Below are positions 37,274-51,000 of a DNA stretch of 64,000 nt, piece after piece; position 1 is the first letter of the stretch, and every line of letters begins with the position of its first letter. The DNA comes from Amoebophrya sp. A120 (taxonomy: Eukaryota > Protista > Dinoflagellata). The position numbers were made by a program, and so were the translations under genes. The DNA lies in contig CAJINV010000020.1 of assembly GCA_905178155.1 (NCBI GenBank), forward strand, positions 434,001 through 498,000, read 5' to 3'. Below the pieces are notes generated by a model. It was not told where the DNA came from. It did no database searches and saw only the letters and a list, made by a program, of their open reading frames with translations.

Positions 37274-40200
37274 AAAAGAAACAAAATAAATAGAACGAGA
37301 GCAGATTCTTGGCACGGGAATAAGAAAGTAAAGTTGGTTACTTATACATCATCAACCTCCCGCATTCAAACCCACTCTACTCCGAAAGAACGGATGTTGT
37401 GACGAAAAAACAGGCGACAAAGAGCATTTTCCAGCTGCGTAGGTTGAGATAGACTAAGCAGGACTTCTCGACGCCACGGATCTGGCTACTTGATACACCC
37501 CAGTACATGTTCTGACGGGGGAACGACAGAAAGTAGGATGCACCTTTCAGGATGGACTGCAATTTGATCTTGATGTGAAGATCCGCCAAGTAGAACATGG
37601 TTTCTAATTTCACCATAGTTCATCTTGAGTTGCTGGTGTAGTGACGGTTCTCTTTCAGTCAGCTGCAGCTATTCACCTAAATATTCTGCTGAGTAGGGGC
37701 CGTGGGCGGCTCAACTAGAAGTACTGCACGACGAGATCTACTGACTTAGTTCTGGGTTATTTTCGTTGCAGAACCAGAAGATCACTGACGCTGGATCCAT
37801 TCGATTTTCCACCGAAAGTATATTATGATCTTGGTTCTCAATATTTTTCAGAAAGAAAAAGATCAAGATCTGAAGACCGGCTCGACCCGCTCCCCTGTAG
37901 AGAAAATATTAGGAGCACAACATGCAGAAGGCATATGGTTTGTGGTGTGCTGGTGTTTATTTTTCAAAAGCTGTCTTCCACCGCTTGGCCTTGGACGGTT
38001 GAGGGCGTAGATCTGTGGCTTGATCGTGTTGAGGCAGCTCAAGTTGTTGCTCACAAGTACTTTGCTGAAGATAGAATGGTGTGTCGCTTTTGAATGTTTG
38101 TTCTGTGGACACCCAACTTGCTGTGAAGGACGATGACTTTACTGTGACGAAGACATTTGCTGCTGTGATTGATGTCAAGAGGACTGCTAGCTGCTTTTGA
38201 ATCCTTTACCGACGACGATCTATTTGTGCTAAAAGGGTTGCACCACATCAAGGATCTTCGTTTGAATGTTTTTCTTGTTGTTGTTTCTTCTACAAACTAA
38301 AACTATTGCATAAGTAATTTTCGATACAACTATTGAAAAAGTGGTGTATGTAACACAAACAAAACGGTGACCTCCCATAGGATCGTAGTGTTGTTTGTGG
38401 CCTCGACACGCATCTCCGTGCTTCTTCAGAGGAACCTGAGCCCTGGAAGTTGACTGAAATCTGTGGTATCACTACGCAACTGCGCGTTGCTCTTTCCGAA
38501 CAAACTTCGTACACATGATTAAGCACTAGATTGATGAAGTTGTGCTTGTGCATCGCAGGCAGGGTCCTGCTCAGAATGACGGCTAGTATCTTCTATCGAG
38601 TCGGCAGAAAGAACAGAAGTAGGAAAGCGCCGCTGGTCGACAAATCGGTTGTACGACCGGACGCAGGAGATTCAAACTAATAGTGTGTTGCAACGCTGTA
38701 ATTCCAGTTCAGTTCTCTCAGCCGCGCGTCATCAAATTTGTGCGGCTGTGGTAGTAGGTACTATACTACTTTCGGGAAACACAACCAGCGATCGCGTTAT
38801 CCGGAGCCGCGACAGGTTTCTTGTTTAAGAATACCGCTAGGTGAAAATCGTGCCTGGGAAATTTTTCGCTTGCATACCGCTTAGAAGGTAGTGGCACGAG
38901 CGTGTTGTCGGGTAAGTATCGATTCTATGCAGAACCATAATAAATTCTAATGCAGTTTAGTTTATACTTTTACTTTTCCATAATTTTCATTTCCATCCGG
39001 ATTTTCCCATCACTCACAGCATGGTGATAGAAGCTCCGCACTGGCCATGTGGGAAGAGGAACCAGACCACACGGTTAAAGATCGGCTCGATCATCCGAGG
39101 GCGGAGGCCGGGACAATGTCGTAGCTGGTGTCCTTCTTTCCCGAACGCTAGGAAAAATAGCAAGGACCTCAGGCGAATCAATCGCACACGTGCAATAAAG
39201 GGCGACCCCCGCATGGCAAGACGGGTTTCCGATCTCCTTCAGAATTTCCTTCTCTCTAGATTTCCGACGTTTTTTGTCATGCACTTTGTTTTGACGCTTC
39301 TCGCGAGTCGCGACCAAAAAGAAAGCTGAATTTGTAAGAGTGCATATCAAAAAGAACAGATTAAGCAGTTCCACATCTAGGTGACCGTGATCCTGATCCA
39401 CAGACCGGCTATGATTCGTTTCCGAGTTGTGGTAGCCGGCGACACGACGTAAAAACCGCGCAGGGCATCCTTCTCGTCGGATTACCATCCTCGAAGAACG
39501 GATACTAGAAATGGCACGCAGGAGCGGCGGAGAGGGAGACAGGATGATCATATTGGCATCATCCATATTCATATTGGCAGCACCTGATCGGCATCATACA
39601 TGCTGCTGCAACCGGTGGACCTCGTCCACGACGACGTGCTGTAGTTCCCCAGCGCCCTTGGAGATGATCTAAAATTAAATCTGGCACGCAAAGAAACATC
39701 GATCTTCGCGCTCAACCTGCTCTCCTCGGCGCTCGACTCGGTGGTCTTGCTCCTCGTACCCCCCGCCATCGGGATGTTGTCCGGACGAATCGGCTACGCT
39801 CTCGGTGGGGGAGATAGTACCAAAAAAGTTTGTCATGCTAGCATGCAGCTAGACCCAAGAAGACCTTACTCAGAACTACAACGCAAACTTCATTTTTTCT
39901 GGTATGGGTCTACTTTTCCTTTTTGTTTATTTTGTGTTGGATGCGGGCTGGATCGCACAACTTCCGAAGCAGGGACGGATACTTATCTAGCATCAAGTTC
40001 AAACTGTTGTTCAAAACGGGTTGTTGACCGGGCGCAGAAGATCCTGGTGACGTTCCTGACCACCTACTGACGAGAACATCGGCACTGTAAACCGTCGGGC
40101 GATCCTCGAGAAAAAAAAGGGAATCGAGGAAAGCTCCAGACAAACTGTGGCGAAGAACGTGGGGGAGCGCCGGAAGTAGATCTTCTTTAACTACTAGATC

Positions 40201-40447
40201 ATCCAGCTGGGGGCAGCAGCTCAACAAGTTCATCTACAGATATCAGAATCTATGGGCCGCTGGTGAACAAACACGCGAACGCGGCGCCTTCGTTTTGGGT
40301 GTTTTTTTTTGGCGGCACGCAAGCGGGATGGGAGCAAAGTACTTGCTTTTCATCGGGGCCGCGGCGCGAACGGAATCAAGCCTTTGCCGGCGATGTTGGG
40401 ACGAAAGCAAGGGTGCCTATAGACGAATTTCCGCACTCTGTGGGATT

Positions 40448-40501
40448 GCCGGACGAGGTCAGCACCGCCGGACGAGGTCAGCACCGCCGGACGAGGTCAG
40501 C
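40448..40501. repeat. 19-bp tandem repeat (~2.8 copies)
   Basis: gccggacgaggtcagcacc repeated. Confidence 0.9.
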
Positions 40502-41246
40502 CTCCCTCTCTCGCGAGAAGTGTCGGGCGACTAAGAAATAAAGACTTTTTGCGTCTGAAAACAAAAATATGAGCAATCAACGTCTTGTTGCTTGCTCATG
40601 TTTTGTCGACAATAGCGAGAACGAAATCATTCTTATAAAGTAGAGGTGAAAATCTTCGGTCCTCGTCCTTAGGGTTGCCTCTTGGTTCTTTCTAGCAGAA
40701 GGAGCCCGTTCATTGCATTACTCGTGCTCGGAAACTCAAAATGTCGGTTTTTCGGCTCGAAAATAAATAGCGCTCGGTTTTTGTATGCCATGATGTGGAC
40801 GAGCTATGTATGAGATAGACATCGATGTTGTTACAACCCTTTGATGTGTACCGTACTGAAAATATGAAGCAGCAGACAGAGCGACAGCAACTTGAAGTCG
40901 GTTTTCCAAGATGAACCACTACTGTGGTATAATCGGTAGCTTTCGTGCAGGAATTTTCACACTTTCGCTGGTCTACTCAACTCTACTCGTCGGTACTACC
41001 GTAAATATCTACTAACTCCAATCCCAAAAATTTGCAAAACTTTTTTGGATATGGAACAAACAGGACCCCTGCATTCCCCTTGCTGATCCTATGCCGCCTC
41101 GTTTTTTTTATTTAGCCGGCTAATCATGCGGACTCCATCCCACGAGAAGCACTCATGAACTACCCAGGGAAGCCGTACTAGTAGAAGCCCGAATTTCAAT
41201 ATGGCTTGACGGCTGCTCCACATCTCTCTGCGCGATCCATGTCGCG

Positions 41247-41265
41247 TCTCTCTCTCTCTCTCTCT
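41247..41265. repeat. (TC)n microsatellite
   Basis: Direct observation. Confidence 0.85.
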
Positions 41266-41675
41266 GTATCCTCGTAATCTTTAAACATTGCACACACTCC
41301 ACCTCTATTTTTGTTTTTCCTCACTACGACTTGGTTTTTCATTTTTTACCGAGTTGAGCTCTGGCGTATTCGTGCACGACTTACGACACTGATATTCATT
41401 ATAAACAAGGATCGTTTATTGCTTCTTGTTTGCCTTGGATTTGATGGCCATGTGTGCCACAGTGGCTTTTCCTTTCGTCATCCTTCTCGATGATGGGTTT
41501 AAGCATCCAAAGAACTCGAGCATGACTACTTCCCTAATTAATACATAGTTTCTATTCATGGCAAAAAATCAGCACGAAAGTATTCCAGTCGGATCATCGT
41601 TTCAACATCATGAGGATCTTGATCTTCTGTAATGTAAGGTTCTGTGCGAACAGCTCAAAGATAAAAAAACGCAAG

Positions 41676-41861
41676 TATGAAAAATATGCCTGGGTCGGGA
41701 AGATAAATTTGAATGCGCCTGTTTGTCATGATTCTGGTTTGATTTTCTTTGCTTTCGCCCTTCGCGATTTCGTGGCTTATTTTGGCCGTGTTTTTGCAAC
41801 GCAGAAGCAGAAAGAATACAAATTTGGTGTTGCCCCGACCCAGGCATATTTGCAATGCATA
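41676..41861. mobile_element. Degenerate family A element upstream of the giant gene
   Basis: Inverted repeat aaatatgcctgggtcggg / cccgacccaggcatattt. Left end damaged, no clean DR. Confidence 0.65.
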
Positions 41862-42053
41862 GAAGGACAATTTTCAAACATGTTGGAACATCTCTGTAAA
41901 TCTCTAACAGCGAGCTGTGCAGGCGAGCTTTTGTAGTAGCTGGGTCGAGCTTCAGTCGAAACGAAGCAAGTTAATAGCAGTAGTCGTAACATTCCGCTGG
42001 CTCCTTCACACAGGAGACAAGTAGACAGTTACTCGCAAACGATAAACCTCAAA

Positions 42054-45000
42054 ATGCACCGGACACTTTCAAGAATTGCTCAAGTCGTAATTTTGGTGTG
42101 GCACGGGTCCAGTGCGAGTGCGAGTTGCAATGTGGGTTTCAAGTTAGACGGCGGTGAGTGCAAGCTGCTGATCTGCGACGCTGGCAAACACTTGGATACT
42201 AGTAGTAGTCCCAACACGTGCGTCGATAATGTTTGCTCCTGCCTGAACGGGGTTGCGAAGGCGGGGACTGATTGCCCGATGCACGGCGCACACGACTGCG
42301 CGTCCTGCAGTAGCGGCTACGGCTTAGCGAGTGGCAAGTGCGAACTAGTGTGCCCAACTGGACAGCACTTGAATGACGCCGGCACCGCCTGCGAAGACAA
42401 CAGCTGCAGCTGTGATTTCGGATCCGCAGCGACGGGAGCAGCGTGCACAAGCAACAGTGCCAACATTTGTAGTTCCTGCGATTCCGGGTACCACGCAAAC
42501 GGGAACAGTTGCGCGCCGGACATCTGTACCTGCACCAACGGCGTGGGGGCGACGCTGACTGCGTGCGCTGGCCACGAGCAGGCGGACTGCGCAGCCTGCG
42601 TTTTTGGCTTTCACTTGGAGGTCGACGGCTCGGGTGTCGGGGAGTGTAAACAGAACGTATGCAATTGCGAAAATGGTGGCGGTGCTGGTGGTGGCACCAC
42701 GGGAACACTCTGCGCAGTGCATGACACGAACAGCTGCTCGGGCACCTGTATCAAATGTAAAAATGTCTGGGTCTGGATCTGGAAGAATGCAACTTGTCAT
42801 GCTTTCTGCATAGTGGAAAAGTCTGAGTCTGTGTTGCGTGATTACTGATTAGCAAAAGCTGTCCACTTTTGACCAAGCTGGGAAGGAGTTTCTCATGCAG
42901 ACGAGGCATGATAGAGGTCGGAGAGAATCTGTCATGCTGGGTCATGTATGACAGACCTCACGCGTCATGGAAAACCCGCATGACAAGTCATCCAATCTTC
43001 CAGACCCAGACATTTTTGCATTTGATAACCTGCGACGACGGTTACCACCTGGGCGGTTCGAAGGGAGACACCTGTTTGCTGAACGTCTGCACCTGTGAAA
43101 GCGGTGTGGGCAAGACGGGCAGCGACTGCGCTTCCCACGGCGACGCAAAATGCGAAAGCTGCAGCGCGGGCTATGACTTGAGTGGCGACGTGTGCGCTTT
43201 GAAAACGTGCAATTGCCCGACGGGGACTCCCGCAACGGGGACCACTTGTCCGAACGACGGAGACGACCACTGCATCGCACCGTGCAATTTCGGACATCAC
43301 TTGGATGGCACCGAGTGCAAAGAAAATGTGTGCACGTGCCACAACGGCGTTTCGCACGGTACTATCAATGGCAAACATGGCGGGTCTGGGCCTGGATCTT
43401 TGCTCGTGCATTTGATTACTTATACAGGGCTAGGCTCCTGCTCATGGTCATGCCTGACCGCTATCTGTAGCTTCCAAGATAATTTGTCTTGCATGGCACC
43501 ACGGCGCCCCATGAGCCTCAATATACAAGTGTTTGTCATGCGAAAATAACAACGCGATGATTCCTGAGCGATACGCAACAATCTTCAGTGTACGGCGGTT
43601 CATCGTCGGGACGTCGTGTTGCTTAAGTATCTTGTATGATCCAGATTCACAAACTTGGATAGGTCGCACAACAGATGAACTTTATTCCAGACCTCCTAGG
43701 TCACAATGTTTGCAGGTGATACGTGCCACCGGAACGAGTTGCGCGGTCCACGACACGAACGGCTGCTCCGCCTGCGACGCTGGTTACCATTTAAACGGAG
43801 ATACGTGCGTGGCGAACATTTGCACGTGCACGAACGGCGTCGGGGCAACGCTGACCGAGTGCACGACCCACGACACCGCAAAGTGCAAGACGTGCGACAG
43901 CAGGTACGAGTTGGATTCGAATGGTGCCTGTCAAGCAGCTACCCCTGTGTGCGTTTGCGACCACGGGACTGTAGGGAGCACCTGCACGGTGCACGGGTCC
44001 ACTTTGTGTGCGAGTTGCAATGTGGGTTTCAAGTTAGACGGCGGTGAGTGCAAGCTGCTGATCTGCGACGCTGGCAAACACTTGGATACTAGTAGTAGTC
44101 CCAACACGTGCGTCGATAATGTTTGCTCCTGCCTGAACGGGGTTGCGAAGGCGGGGACTGATTGCCCGATGCACGGCGCACACGACTGCGCGTCCTGCAG
44201 TAGCGGCTACGGCTTAGCGAGTGGCAAGTGCGAACTAGTGTGCCCAACTGGACAGCACTTGAATGACGCCGGCACCGCCTGCGAAGACAACAGCTGCAGC
44301 TGTGATTTCGGATCCGCAGCGACGGGAGCAGCGTGCACAAGCAACAGTGCCAACATTTGTAGTTCCTGCGATTCCGGGTACCACGCAAACGGGAACAGTT
44401 GCGCGCCGGACATCTGTACCTGCACCAACGGCGTGGGGGCGACGCTGACTGCGTGCGCTGGCCACGAGCAGGCGGACTGCGCAGCCTGCGTTTTTGGCTT
44501 TCACTTGGAGGTCGACGGCTCGGGTGTCGGGGAGTGTAAACAGAACGTATGCAATTGCGAAAATGGTGGCGGTGCTGGTGGTGGCACCACGGGAACACTC
44601 TGCGCAGTGCATGACACGAACAGCTGCTCGGGCACCTGTATCAAATGTAAAAATGTCTGGGTCTGGATCTGGAAGAATGCAACTTGTCATGCTTTCTGCA
44701 TAGTGGAAAAGTCTGAGTCTGTGTTGCGTGATTACTGATTAGCAAAAGCTGTCCACTTTTGACCAAGCTGGGAAGGAGTTTCTCATGCAGACGAGGCATG
44801 ATAGAGGTCGGAGAGAATCTGTCATGCTGGGTCATGTATGACAGACCTCACGCGTCATGGAAAACCCGCATGACAAGTCATCCAATCTTCCAGACCCAGA
44901 CATTTTTGCATTTGATAACCTGCGACGACGGTTACCACCTGGGCGGTTCGAAGGGAGACACCTGTTTGCTGAACGTCTGCACCTGTGAAAGCGGTGTGGG

Positions 45001-48000
45001 CAAGACGGGCAGCGACTGCGCTTCCCACGGCGACGCAAAATGCGAAAGCTGCAGCGCGGGCTATGACTTGAGTGGCGACGTGTGCTCTTTGAAAACGTGC
45101 AATTGCCCGACGGGGACTCCCGCAACGGGGACCACTTGTCCGAACGACGGAGACGACCACTGCATCGCACCGTGCAATTTCGGATATCACTTGGATGGCA
45201 CCGAGTGCAAAGAAAATGTGTGCACGTGCCACAACGGCGTTTCGCACGGTACTATCAATGGCAAACATGGCGGGTCTGGGCCTGGATCATCTCTCGTGCA
45301 TTTGATTACTTACTTATACAGGGCTAGGCTCCTCCTGCTCATGGTCATGCCTGACCGCTATCTGTAGCTTCCAAGATAATTTGTCTTGCATGGCACCACG
45401 GCGACCCACGAGCCTCAAATACATGCGAAAATAACAACGCGATGATTTTTCATGAGCGCTACGCAACAATCTTCAGTGTACGGCGGTTCATCGTCGGGAC
45501 GTCGTGTTGCTTAAGTATCTTGTATGATCCAGATTCACAAACTTGGATAGGTCGCACAACAGATGAACTTGATTCCAGACCTCCTAGGTCATAATGTTTG
45601 CAGGTGATACGTGCCACCGGAACGAGTTGCGCGGTCCACGACACGAACGGCTGCTCCGCCTGCGACGCTGGTTACCATTTTAACGGAGATACGTGCGTGG
45701 CGAACATTTGCACCTGCGCGAACGGGGTGGGCGCGACGTTGGCCGACTGCCCGACCCACGACACCGCGGTCTGCGCGGGCTGCGTTCTGGGCTACACCCT
45801 GCAGCCCGACGCCTCCTGCGCCGCAAACCAGTGCACGTGCCCGGGCGGGGGCGTTGGCAAGACGGGGACGGCTTGCGTCGTTGACGGGGCTGTTGACTGC
45901 GACAGTTGTACGGATAGCCAGCGCGCAGTCGACCCGGCGACGAGGGATTGCGTTTGTAGCGACGCCCTGGGCTACTACCTCGATAGCGCCTCCGGATCCT
46001 GCGCGGACAAGGTGTGCTCGTGCGAACACGGGATGGCGTCGCAGGGCGTCGCGTGTCTGGCCCACGGCGCACCGGGCTGCGCGTCCTGCGAAACTGGTTA
46101 CCACGCAAACGGCGATATCTGCACGCCCAACGTCTGCACCTGCGTAAATGGGGCGGGGACAACCCTGACCGAGTGCTCGGATCACGACACGGCAGATTGT
46201 GACGCCTGCGTCGCTGGCTACCACCTGGAGTACGACTCGGTCAATGACCGGAACGACTGCGTCGAGAACCAGTGCACTTGTGCCGACGGTTATGGAAGAA
46301 AAAAGACTATGCAAGTGTAGGTCTGTACTAAATGCAAAGCATGCAACGTCGGAGAGTTACACTTGTGATGCTGGCCAGCCAGAATAGCGTCCTGCTCTTA
46401 TACGGATTAATATCACGTACTCACCGTGTCCGTGCATGAAAAAATTTCTCTGTCACGCAAAAGAAATTTGTATTTGTGATGCTCTTACAAGAACTCCAGG
46501 ACACCTACACTCACAGTTTTTCTGTTGGATAACGGGACCGGCGCGACCGGCACAGCATGTGCCACCCATAATGAGCCGCTTTGCGCGGCCTGCACAACTA
46601 CCGGCTTCGAGTTGGTTTCCGGTGCCTGCGTGAAGAATTGTGTTTGCCCCCATGGTACTGCGGCGACTGGGGCCGACTGCCCGGGCAACGGCCAGACCAA
46701 GTGCGCTACTGGCACCTGCAACGACGGCTACTATCTGAATGGGGACGCCTGCGAGCTGAAGACTTGCTTGTGCAGTGAGGGAGTTGCATCCACCGGGAAA
46801 GACTGCCCAAACAACGGCGACACCCACTGCATGGCAGGGACCTGCAACATCGGTTTTTATGTGGATGGTAGCAGCGACTGCGTCGAGAAAGAGTGTACTT
46901 GCGAAAATGGGGTGGGCAAGACGGGGACGCAGTGCCCGTCGCACGGAGCTCACGCTTGCGGATCCTGCACAAACAACTTCAAGCTCATGAACAGCAAATG
47001 CAGCACATGCCTTCCCGGATTCAATAACGCCGTGAACAGTGCCCTGTGTGCGGCAAACGTATGCACTTGCGCCCACGGTGACGCCGCTACGGGCTCTGGG
47101 TGCGTTGCAGACGGCGCTGAAATCTGTACCGCCTGTACCGATTCAAACTGGGTTTTGGATTTCACGAACACGTGCTTTTGCAGCGACGCCGCCGGCTTCC
47201 ACGTGGATGCCAGTAGCGGTGCCTGCGAGGTGAAAACTTGCACTTGCAGCACCGGCGGAACGGCAGCTACCGGCAAAGACTGCGTCACACATGGCGCGGA
47301 CCAGTGTCTAGCCGGCCACTGCGACATCGGTTACTACTTTGACAGTAACGACAACCTGTGCAAAGAGAAGCAGTGTGAGTGCACGAATGGTGTGGGCAAA
47401 ACAGAAAAAGAGTGCCCGAATCATGGTGCTCACTATTGCGCGTCCTGCACCGGCAATTTCAAGTTGGCAAACAACAAGTGCGAGGCCTGCCTTTTTGGGT
47501 ACCATTTGGACGCTGGTGTGTGCGTGGAGAACCAGTGCACTTGTGACGAAGGGACCGGCGCGACCGGAACAGCATGTGCCACCCACAATGAGGCCCTTTG
47601 CGCGGCCTGCACAACTACCGGCTTCGAGTTGGTTTCCGGTGCCTGCGTAAAGAATTGCGTCTGCCCCCATGGTACTGCAGCGACTGGGGTAGACTGCCCG
47701 GGCAACGGCCAGACCAAATGCGCTACTGGCACCTGCAACGACGGCTACTATCTGAATGGGGACGCCTGCGAGCTGAAGACTTGTTTGTGCAGCGAGGGAG
47801 TTGCATCCACCGGGAAAGACTGCCCAAACAACGGCGACACCCACTGCATGGCAGGGACCTGCAACATCGGTTTTTATGTGGATGGTAGCAGCGACTGCGT
47901 CGAGAAANNNNNNNNNNNNNNNNNNNNNNNNNNNNNNNNNNNNNNNNNNNNNNNNNNNNNNNNNNNNNNNNNNNNNNNNNNNNNNNNNNNNNNNNNNNNN

Positions 48001-51000
48001 NNNNNNNGGCTACTACGATAACGGGGCCAACGAGTGCCTTCTCAAGGAGTGCACCTGCCCGGGCGGTGGCGTTGCCAACGATGGGACCGCCTGCCACGAA
48101 AATGGCGAGGTAAATTGCAAGAGCTGCACCGCTGCAAATTTTGCCGTTAACCCCGCTACTAAGGATTGCGAGTGCCAAGACTCCCTAGGGTTTTACGAAG
48201 ATAGCAGTGGGGTTTGTGCGCAGAAGACTTGCGTCTGTGATTTTGGAGCTGCAGCAACAGGAACCGATTGCCCGAGCAATGGCGCGCAGCAATGCATGCC
48301 GGTTGCTACCTGTGAAGACGGCTACTACCTGAATAGCAGCACGGGCGAATGCGAGGAGAAGCAGTGCACTTGTGCGAATGGGATAGGGAAGACGGGCAAA
48401 GAATGCCCAACGCACGACGCCCACGACTGCGCTTCGTGTACGAACAACTACGATCTACTCAACTACAAGTGCGACACCTGTTTGCCTGGATTTTACGAGC
48501 CAAGCGGCCCTGGAAACGGGTGCGAGCTGAAACAGTGCACCTGCCCGGGCGGCGGTACTAGCCACGAGGGGACGGCGTGTCACGAGCACGGGGAAGTTAG
48601 TTGCGACAGCTGCAGCAAGGCAAACTTCGAGATCGACCCGGTTTCCCGAGATTGTGTCTGCAGCGACGCCTCGGGCTTTCACGAGGATGCCGCGACGGGG
48701 GCGTGCGTCGTGAAGACTTGCGAGTGCGAGTTCGGGACCGCGGCCACGGGGCAAGAGTGCCCCATATGTGTTGCAAATATGAGTCTGGGTCTGGAAGAAC
48801 GCAACTTGTGATGCAAATTTTATTCAGACAACTCAAAGATCTGTCATGCATGAACAGCGAATGCGGCCGAAAATAACCTGGAACCAATCTACAGGATTTG
48901 CCATGCAGATTAGCCGTGATTGTTGGACAACCTTCTCAAGACGTGTGAAGTAGATGCTAGGGCGCCTACTTGCATGCCAGACCTCTCCTAGGTGATACAA
49001 GAGCTGCAGTATGGCAAAGACCTGCGTGCACACACATCCAGATCCAGATCGATATTTGCAATGTATACCCCAGTGACGGGGCCGACAAATGTGTGACACC
49101 CTGTGATACCGGGTACTACCTGAACGGCGACACGTGCGAGGAGAAGGAGTGCACGTGCGCGCACGGCGTCGGGAACGTCGGCGCCGACTGCGCGACCCAC
49201 GACACAATCAGTTGCGAGTCCTGCGACGCGGGGTACCACGTGAGCGGGGACATTTGTGCGGTGAACATTTGCACGTGCCAAAGCGGGTTGGGCACCACCC
49301 TCACCGACTGCGCGACCCACAACACCCCCAGTTGCGCGCTGTGCAGCAAAGGGTTCCACCTGGACGGGACGGGGGCCTGCGTGGAAAACGCCTGCACCTG
49401 CGCCAACGGCGTGGGCACCACGGGCACGGATTGCGTCACGCACGACACGCCCACCTGCGCCTCCTGCGACACCGGGGACAACTACGTGTTGGACGTCGGC
49501 ACGCAGCGGTGCCTCTGCAACGACGCCACGGGGTACTACCTGGACAGCACCAGCGACACCTGCAAGGAGAAGCAGTGTACGTGCGTGAACGGGGACGGTT
49601 TTACCGGCGCGGACTGCGCCACACACGACCGGATCCAATGCGAAACCTGCGACGCGGGCTACCACGTCAGCAACGACGTTTGCGCAGCCAACATCTGCAC
49701 GTGCCAGCACGGGCTCGGCACCACGCTGACCGACTGCGCCACGCACAGCACCCCTTTCTGCGCGCTCTGCAGCAAGGGCTACCACCTGGACGGCACGGGG
49801 GCCTGCGTGGAGAACGAGTGCACCTGCGACCACGGCGTGGGCACCACGGGGGTGGCTTGCGTCACGCACAACACCCACAGCTGCGCGTCCTGCACGGCGA
49901 CGAACTACGTACTGGACGCCGTCGTGGAGCGGTGCGTCTGCGACGACGCGAACGGCCACTACACGACCAGCGCCGGGGCGTGCGAGGAGAAGCAGTGCAC
50001 CTGCGCGAACGGGCTGGGTACCACGGGCACCGCGTGCACGACGCACGACACGCCCCAGTGTGCCTCGTGCGACGCGGCCACCAACTACGTGCTTGATGTC
50101 GCCTCGGAGAGCTGCGTGTGCAACGACGCCACGGGCTACTACCTGGACAGCAGTAGTGATACCTGCAAAGAGAAGCAGTGCACCTGCCCCAGCGGGGTGG
50201 GGAGAACCGGCGCGGCCTGCGCGTACCACGACGCGATTCGCTGCGAGTCCTGTGATGCCGGGTACCACCTGCACGGGGACACGTGCGCAGCCAACATTTG
50301 CACGTGCCCGAACGGGGTGGGCGCGTCTTTAACCACCTGCGAGACCCACGGCGAGGCCAGCTGCGCCGTGTGTAGCTTTGGGTACCACCTGGAGCAGAAA
50401 GCCTGCGCGGAAAACGTGTGTACGTGCGCCAACGGGGACCCGACCACGGGCACCTCCTGCTTCGCCCACGGCACTCCTGGGTGTGCCAAGTGCAACGAGA
50501 GCCTGGGTTATTTCTGGGACCCGATTTTCGGGTGTGGTATTCGCGAGTGCATTTGTCCCAACGGGCAGGGGAAAACCGGAATCGACTGCCCCAACCACGG
50601 GGACCACGAGTGCGCCAAGTGCGACGAGGGCTACGATTTGGACCAGGCCGTTTGTCACACCACGACCACGACGACCACCACGACGACCACATCGAGCACC
50701 ACGACCAGCAGCACTACTACCACCACGTCCACCACGACGGTCACGAGCACGACGACCACCAGTACCACGACGACGACGAGTACCACCACCACGGTGACCA
50801 CGAGCACCACGACCACCACCAGTACGACCACCTCCACCACCACCACAACCGCGGCCGGGTTCGCCAGCTTGGCGATGGAAGGAACCTTTTCCGCCCCCGA
50901 AGGCGTGGATTTGTCGACGGATCAGGCCTTCCTCGAAGCCGCGATCGCCTCCATCGCCGCCGTGCTCGGAATCGATCCCTCCGAAGTGGTCGGTGTTTCC

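Larger units (their letters stand above)
42118..45713 (+). repeat. 1890-bp-period intragenic tandem duplication including two IEs
   Basis: 42118-~43825 matches 44008-~45713. Confidence 0.92.
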
